From assembly GCA_965248925.1 (NCBI GenBank), contig CBDFLE010000006.1, positions 768,001 through 832,000 on the forward strand: a DNA stretch of 64,000 nt, given 5' to 3'. Each line of letters opens with the position of its first letter. Within the stretch, counting starts at the first letter, position 1. Below, piece after piece: positions 58,690 to 64,000 of the stretch. The translations under genes and the position numbers were made by a program. Origin of the DNA: Candidatus Multivoradales bacterium. Lineage in GTDB: Bacteria; Acidobacteriota; Thermoanaerobaculia; Multivoradales; J023. The notes beneath the pieces are model-generated. The model was not told the origin of the DNA. It was given only the letters and a program-made list of their open reading frames with translations, and did no database searches.

Positions 58690-59607
58690 TTAGTGATCGG
58701 ACCCGGCGTACTTCTTCTCACCTGCCACGATCGCCACTTTCAGCTTGTTCTGCAACGGTGGCAAGGGGCAGGTGGCGAAGGGGGTGAAGGCGCAGGGAGG
58801 GTTGTAGGCGAGGTTGAAATCTACCGTGATGCGACCCTCGGCATCGGCCAAAGGCACATAGAGAAAACGGCCGCCGCCATAGGTCTCACCACCGTTGGTG
58901 CTATCGCCAAAAATCAGAAACAGCTCGGCGTCGCCACCGGGCAGAGCATCGAGATGGTAGCTCTTGCCACCATGTTCGAACACCACCGCGCCCGGCGATA
59001 GCTGCTCGCCGACCGTGCCCAGCACATTGGGCACCGGCACCGACTTCGGCGGATCGTAGGCTTCGAACCGGGCCGTCAACCGCCAGGAGGTATCGATCGG
59101 GAAGTAGTCGAGGCCCTGAAAATACGCCAATGCCGGATGGGCGCGATCCTTGACCCGCAGACCGATCCGGTCGCCGCGCTGGATGGCGTAGAAGAGCACG
59201 CTGCTGTACTCCACCACCGTCGGCGAGCCGGTGCTGTCAGGCGCCAGCACGGATTGCCGTTCGACCTTGCCATCGACGGTCGCTTCGACCCCCTCGGCGA
59301 GCTGCAGCCGCAGCTCACCTGCGTCCAGCTCGACGGTGGCGAAAAATGCCGGCACCGCCGCCGGTAGCCGCACCTCGTTATCGGCGCCGCTTCCCAGTTT
59401 GCTGCGACCCTCTTGCAGCCAGTGCAAGCCGGTCAAGCTGAGCCAGCCATCGTCGCGGGTCAGGCGCTCCAAGCGTTCCGCTCGCCACGCCTCGACCTCG
59501 CCTTGGTGAGCGCCGTCGGCACTCAACGACATCGCCCAGCAAGACCAGGCGCAGGCGCCAACGAAAATCAAAATCGGTACTTCAGTAGAACTTCCCAAGC
59601 GTTTCAT
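58690..59607 (-). CDS. DUF1684 family protein
   Basis: GWLSLTGLHWL, TYGGGRFL, DFNLAYNPPCAFTPFATCPLPP. Confidence 0.9.
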   Translation of the reverse strand: MKRLGSSTEVPILIFVGACAWSCWAMSLSADGAHQGEVEAWRAERLERLTRDDGWLSLTGLHWLQEGRSKLGSGADNEVRLPAAVPAFFATVELDAGELRLQLAEGVEATVDGKVERQSVLAPDSTGSPTVVEYSSVLFYAIQRGDRIGLRVKDRAHPALAYFQGLDYFPIDTSWRLTARFEAYDPPKSVPVPNVLGTVGEQLSPGAVVFEHGGKSYHLDALPGGDAELFLIFGDSTNGGETYGGGRFLYVPLADAEGRITVDFNLAYNPPCAFTPFATCPLPPLQNKLKVAIVAGEKKYAGSDH

Positions 59608-59786
59608 GGTCCGCTAGCTTAGCAGGTGCTCCCAGATGGTCGGCCCCGAGGCTGGTTTGAAGCGGCAACGGCGTGCTACCCTCCGGCTCCCCACGCTGCC
59701 GGCATCGTCGGCGCCGCGTCCAACTCCATCGAGCCAACCCAGGCCTTATTCCCCGGAGCAGTCCAGTGCCCGCTCAAAAACCGACC

Positions 59787-61595
59787 ATGACCCGCGACGA
59801 CCTGCGCAACCTGGCGATCATCGCCCACGTCGACCACGGCAAAACCACCCTGGTGGACGGCCTGCTGTGGCAGAGCGGTATTTTCCGCGACAATCAAGCG
59901 GTCGCCGAGCGGGTGATGGACTCGATCGATCTGGAGCGCGAGCGGGGCATCACCATCATGTCCAAGAACACCGCGATTAATTTTCGCGGTACCAAGATCA
60001 ACATCGTCGACACCCCCGGCCACGCCGATTTCGGCGGTGAAGTCGAGCGCATCTTGAAAATGGTCGACGGCGTGTTGCTGCTGGTGGATTCGAGCGAAGG
60101 ACCGATGCCGCAAACCCGCTTCGTGCTCAAGAAAGCCCTCGAAGCCGGCCTGCCGCCGATCTTGGTGATCAACAAGATCGACCGCCACGACGCCCGCATC
60201 CAAGGGGTGATGAACGAAGTCTACGACCTCTTCATCGAACTCGACGCGCCGGAAGAGCTGCTCGATTTCCCCGTGCTCTACACTAACGCCAAAGACGGCA
60301 TCTGCCGCCGCCAGCCAGACGGCGAAGACGAAACCCTGGTGCCCCTCTTCGAAGCCATCCTGGAGCACATCCCAGCACCGAGCTACGAGCCCGAGGCGCC
60401 TCTGCAACTGCAGGTCACCACCCTCGACTACGACGAGTACCTCGGCCGCCTGGCCATCGGCCGAGTCTACAACGGCAATGCGAAGCGCGGCCAGGCAATA
60501 GTGCGAGTCAGCGCCGAAGGTGAGCCCAAGCCGGCCAAGATCGCTGGTCTGCTGGGCTACGAAGGGCTTGCCCGCAAGCCGATCGAAGAGGTCGGGCCGG
60601 GCGACATCGTCGCCGTCGTCGGCCTCGACGAGGTGTCGATCGGCGACACCCTCTGCGAGCCCGACTTCCCCTTGCCGATGCCGCCGATCGTCGTCGATGA
60701 GCCCACTTTGGCGATGACCTTCAGCATCAACGACTCGCCCTTCGCCGGCCTCGACGGCAAGCATGTGACCTCCCGCAAGTTGCGCGAACGGCTGCACAAA
60801 GAAGCGCTCACCAACGTCTCCATCCGGATCACTAACACCGAAGCCGCCGACGCCTTCCAGGTCGCGGGTCGTGGCGAGCTCCAACTCGCCATCTTGATCG
60901 AGATGATGCGTCGTGAAGACTTCGAGTTGACCGTCGGCAAGCCCGAGGTGCTGACCCGCGAGATCGACGGCAAAAAGCACGAGCCGATGGAAATGCTGGT
61001 AATCGACACTCCCGAAGAGCACATCGGCGTGCTGACCCAGAAGCTCGGACCACGCAAAGGCAAGATGCTGAAAATGGCCAGCTATGGCTCGGGCCGAGTG
61101 CGGCTCGAATTCCGGGTACCATCGCGGGGCCTGATCGGCTTCCGCACCGAGTTCCTCACCGACACCCGCGGCACCGGCATCATGAACCACCGCTTCGACG
61201 GCTGGGAGCCCTGGCAGGGAGACATCCCCCACCGCTCCACCGGCTCGCTGGTCGCTGACCGCGCTGGCAAGACCACCTCCTACGCGATCGAAAACCTCCA
61301 GCCCCGCGGCACCCTGCTGGTCGGTCCCACCACCGAAGTCTACGAAGGCATGATCGTCGGCGAGCACTCCCGTTCCAACGACCTCGATGTCAACATCACC
61401 AAAGAAAAGCGGCTGAGCAACATGCGCTCCTCCACTTCCGACATCTACGAACGCCTGGTCCCCCACCGCCGCTTAAGCCTCGAACAGGCCCTGGAGATGA
61501 TCCGCCAAGACGAAGCGGTCGAGGTGACGCCGAAGAGCTTCCGCCTGCGCAAGAAGCTGCTGCGAGCGGTGGATCGCAAGCGCAAGAATCGCTAG
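59787..61595 (+). CDS. typA: Translational GTPase TypA/BipA
   Basis: [41 protein letters not shown]. Confidence 0.97.
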   Translation: MTRDDLRNLAIIAHVDHGKTTLVDGLLWQSGIFRDNQAVAERVMDSIDLERERGITIMSKNTAINFRGTKINIVDTPGHADFGGEVERILKMVDGVLLLVDSSEGPMPQTRFVLKKALEAGLPPILVINKIDRHDARIQGVMNEVYDLFIELDAPEELLDFPVLYTNAKDGICRRQPDGEDETLVPLFEAILEHIPAPSYEPEAPLQLQVTTLDYDEYLGRLAIGRVYNGNAKRGQAIVRVSAEGEPKPAKIAGLLGYEGLARKPIEEVGPGDIVAVVGLDEVSIGDTLCEPDFPLPMPPIVVDEPTLAMTFSINDSPFAGLDGKHVTSRKLRERLHKEALTNVSIRITNTEAADAFQVAGRGELQLAILIEMMRREDFELTVGKPEVLTREIDGKKHEPMEMLVIDTPEEHIGVLTQKLGPRKGKMLKMASYGSGRVRLEFRVPSRGLIGFRTEFLTDTRGTGIMNHRFDGWEPWQGDIPHRSTGSLVADRAGKTTSYAIENLQPRGTLLVGPTTEVYEGMIVGEHSRSNDLDVNITKEKRLSNMRSSTSDIYERLVPHRRLSLEQALEMIRQDEAVEVTPKSFRLRKKLLRAVDRKRKNR

Positions 61596-61692
61596 GGGGT
61601 GGAAAGGGCATCGGAGGGCTGGGCTGAGCAGAGGGGCGTGGTGCTAGTGCTTGGGCTTGCAAATCCCCGAATCTGACCGACCCAAATCAGTG

Positions 61693-64000
61693 TCACTCAT
61701 CACTGATCTCGACCATGCCTTCGATTCCGAGGTCTGCCAGTGCCTGATGTAGATCGGCGCACAAGCTCTTGACCACCGCCCCATCAACCGTGACGCGCAA
61801 GTCAATCCCAACCTTCAGATCGGCACCAGACCGCAACTTGGGAAGCAGTTTCGTGCCAAGCCGATTCCACAACTCAGCCGGAACCTCCCCGTGGATGCGA
61901 AGTGCTCGCTTGCTGGCACTTGGCTCCAGGTCCGGGTCAGGCCTTGGTTCCGGCGCGGGCTCTTGGCCCGGTACGGATTCTGGATCCGGTGCGGGCTCTG
62001 GATCCGTACCGAACTCTGGTGGGGCAACCAGGATCTTTGCCCTGTCTTTCAAGAGCAGGAACACATCGGATTCGAAGGTGACCTCGTCCGGTCCGACCGG
62101 CCCGCGGAACCACACGCGCTCGTAGGTGCCATCCGTCTTCTGGCCGGAGGCCAGGCCAAATTCCCCTTTGCCGACGAGCTCGACGACCTTCGACTTCAGC
62201 ACGGCGTCGGGATCGACCAGTCGGGTCAACGCACCATTGAGGAAACTCTGCCGCAGACTCACCAACGGCCAGGCACCTGATTCCTTCAATGCTGGCGGCC
62301 AGTTGCGCTCGAGGTAGCCGGCACCCACCGACTCGTTGAGTACCGCTCTAGACTTGAGCGCAGTGATAATACGCCCGCAGAGGCTCTCACCGCCGCTGGC
62401 GTGCCCGGCGCCGAGGTCGATGACCGCCAGCCCATCGACTTCGCTGTTATCGGCAAACACTACGTAGCGATAGTCGCCCCAGACCTCGTCGCGCGCAGTT
62501 TCTTCGGCATCGGCTACCCTAGTCTTGATCTCGGCACACTCGGCAGGCGCGAATTCGCCACCGAGCGTGCCCTCAGCAATCTCAGTGGCAACCCGCCGCC
62601 ACGCGAGCCAGAATTCCACCTTTGCTCGTAGATCACGGCCCGGCTTCTTGATCACCCATACAATGGCACCAGGATAGAGGCGGGGCGACTTGCCGCGATG
62701 CTTCGTCCATTCAGCCAGATCTTCTCGCACCCGGCCGCTCCCCGACCAGTTGCTGTTGGGGTCAACCACCACCAGCGTAAGCCTCGGCGAGTCCTGAATC
62801 GCAGCCCCATCAGCAGGAAAGTACTGCCGTGGAATACTCGCGCCTTTGTCGAACTCCTTCTGAATCAACGACCTCATGGCCGGCTGAATCTCTGACTGCT
62901 CATCCAACGAAGCCCGGCGGTCGCTAACCACTTTCTTCAAGGTCGGCTGATGGCTGATCTTGAACCCGTCCGAGCCAACTCGGCGAATGAAGTAGGCCCG
63001 ATCCTCGAGGGCCAAAGTAGCGGTGTCTACCGATGTCGTGTCCACATCGGGTTCACCTAGCGCAAAACGCAGCTCCGGCAGGTGGGCCACCTTGTCTACT
63101 TGTCCACCCGAAGACTCGAATAGAACTGCCATCCCCACACGCCGGTGAATATCGAGTAGGGGGGCCTTGGTATCCGCATCCAGCGCGCGGGCGTGCGATT
63201 GTGCTCCCGCAATATCGGTTTCGATAGCTGCCATGAGGCGTGGCTCGCCGAGTTGGCCGAGAACAACGCTCCGGAGCTCAGGCTGGTCGAGGGGTGCCGA
63301 GCCGAGTGTGATCAGGGGCTCGCGGCGCGCCTTGGCGAAGGCATCCTTCTGCGCCCAGGAGATCCACTGGGCCAGCATGGCGAGGGTGCCTCTGGTCTGC
63401 TGAAACTGAGGCAATGCCTGCCATTTGCGTTGAAAGACCGAGAGTGTCGCTGGGTGGAACGGGTAGCAAGACTCGAAGCGGGCGCGCAGGTGCTCGCGCG
63501 CTTTGGCTTCCGTAGCAGTGCTGTCCACCGCCGTCCACTCAGGCGGCAGCCGCGCCCGGCGTTCGAAGCACCAGTCGGCGTAGATCTTGGAAACCTTCTT
63601 GCGCTGGCGTTCGGGTCCAATATCGTCAAACAGGCGCCGACGCACGACTTCGCCGATCTCGGCTTCGTCGTTGGCGATCAGATCCTTGGCCACTCGCCTC
63701 ACGACCTTGGTGATCTTCTCCTGCCACTCGAGATCGAATTCGGTCATCTCGACCTGGCTGCGCGGCAGGCTGATCACCACCGCCCCCCGCGTGGTGGCGG
63801 TCATTGCCACGGTCAGGTTCTGGATGAATGCGTAGAAGGAGTCGGCGAGCTTGCGATGACGGTTGACGAAGTTCAATACCTCGTCAAAGAGCACCAGGAC
63901 CGGCGCGTTCGCAGCGGTAAAAATTCGCCCCAAGGCCTCTGTGCCGGGGGGCGTCGTCTTTGCTTCCGTGCCGAGTTCAGCTACGCCTCGATCGCCAGCG
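61693..64000 (-). CDS. DUF499-type AAA ATPase (3' part), defence-island associated
   Basis: LVLFDE, VVRRRLF, YPFHP, FQQTRGTL motifs; runs off the window edge. Confidence 0.8.
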   Translation of the reverse strand, partial: AGDRGVAELGTEAKTTPPGTEALGRIFTAANAPVLVLFDEVLNFVNRHRKLADSFYAFIQNLTVAMTATTRGAVVISLPRSQVEMTEFDLEWQEKITKVVRRVAKDLIANDEAEIGEVVRRRLFDDIGPERQRKKVSKIYADWCFERRARLPPEWTAVDSTATEAKAREHLRARFESCYPFHPATLSVFQRKWQALPQFQQTRGTLAMLAQWISWAQKDAFAKARREPLITLGSAPLDQPELRSVVLGQLGEPRLMAAIETDIAGAQSHARALDADTKAPLLDIHRRVGMAVLFESSGGQVDKVAHLPELRFALGEPDVDTTSVDTATLALEDRAYFIRRVGSDGFKISHQPTLKKVVSDRRASLDEQSEIQPAMRSLIQKEFDKGASIPRQYFPADGAAIQDSPRLTLVVVDPNSNWSGSGRVREDLAEWTKHRGKSPRLYPGAIVWVIKKPGRDLRAKVEFWLAWRRVATEIAEGTLGGEFAPAECAEIKTRVADAEETARDEVWGDYRYVVFADNSEVDGLAVIDLGAGHASGGESLCGRIITALKSRAVLNESVGAGYLERNWPPALKESGAWPLVSLRQSFLNGALTRLVDPDAVLKSKVVELVGKGEFGLASGQKTDGTYERVWFRGPVGPDEVTFESDVFLLLKDRAKILVAPPEFGTDPEPAPDPESVPGQEPAPEPRPDPDLEPSASKRALRIHGEVPAELWNRLGTKLLPKLRSGADLKVGIDLRVTVDGAVVKSLCADLHQALADLGIEGMVEISDE

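Noticed and set aside
59676-61466. 596-aa minus-strand ORF (and similar long ORFs such as 26346-27923 and 23086-24162)
   Set aside because: Antisense shadows of strongly codon-biased genes in GC-rich DNA; no recognisable motifs.
61596-61692. tRNA or att site at the typA/DUF499 junction
   Set aside because: No tRNA-like sequence or direct repeat is visible within the window.

Overview
GC-rich bacterial window. Gene content and style (TPR proteins, BTAD regulators, an FxDGFESGD motif, KPERxQ-type PCD-like protein) suggest Acidobacteriota/Thermoanaerobaculia; this is inference. From left to right: (1) 1-10 kb, a decayed polymorphic-toxin locus with an IS21 end, a Tn3 remnant, orphan toxin/immunity cassettes, and a signal-peptide Rhs gene broken by a frameshift and an IS1182-like element. 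(2) 10-14 kb, an HTH-TPR/PCD-like/RadC module. (3) 14-22.5 kb, a lasso peptide cluster (B1, B2, cyclase, precursor with core GPMGGIEDFPLGGTMGV) carrying an unusual tailoring set: a phosphoribosyltransferase-RRE fusion, an HPr-kinase-like enzyme and a PRMT-like methyltransferase, followed by an acyl-CoA ligase. This is the best candidate for an undescribed system. (4) 22.6-32 kb, a giant SdrD-B repeat surface protein with SARP/BTAD and LuxR regulators. (5) 32-35 kb, NRPS accessory genes (MbtH, PPTase, TEII) with no NRPS. (6) 35-42.6 kb, a pseudokinase, a TPR protein and a metal-uptake-like operon whose Cys/His-rich leader ORF is split by a second copy of the same IS. (7) 43-51 kb, a mevalonate pathway with isopentenyl phosphate kinase and no phosphomevalonate kinase (haloarchaeal/Chloroflexi type). 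(8) 51-64 kb, two-component genes, tandem GT-C glycosyltransferases, DUF1684, typA and the 3' part of a DUF499 defence-type ATPase. No rRNA, tRNA or CRISPR array was seen. All calls come from motif recognition by eye, with no database searches.
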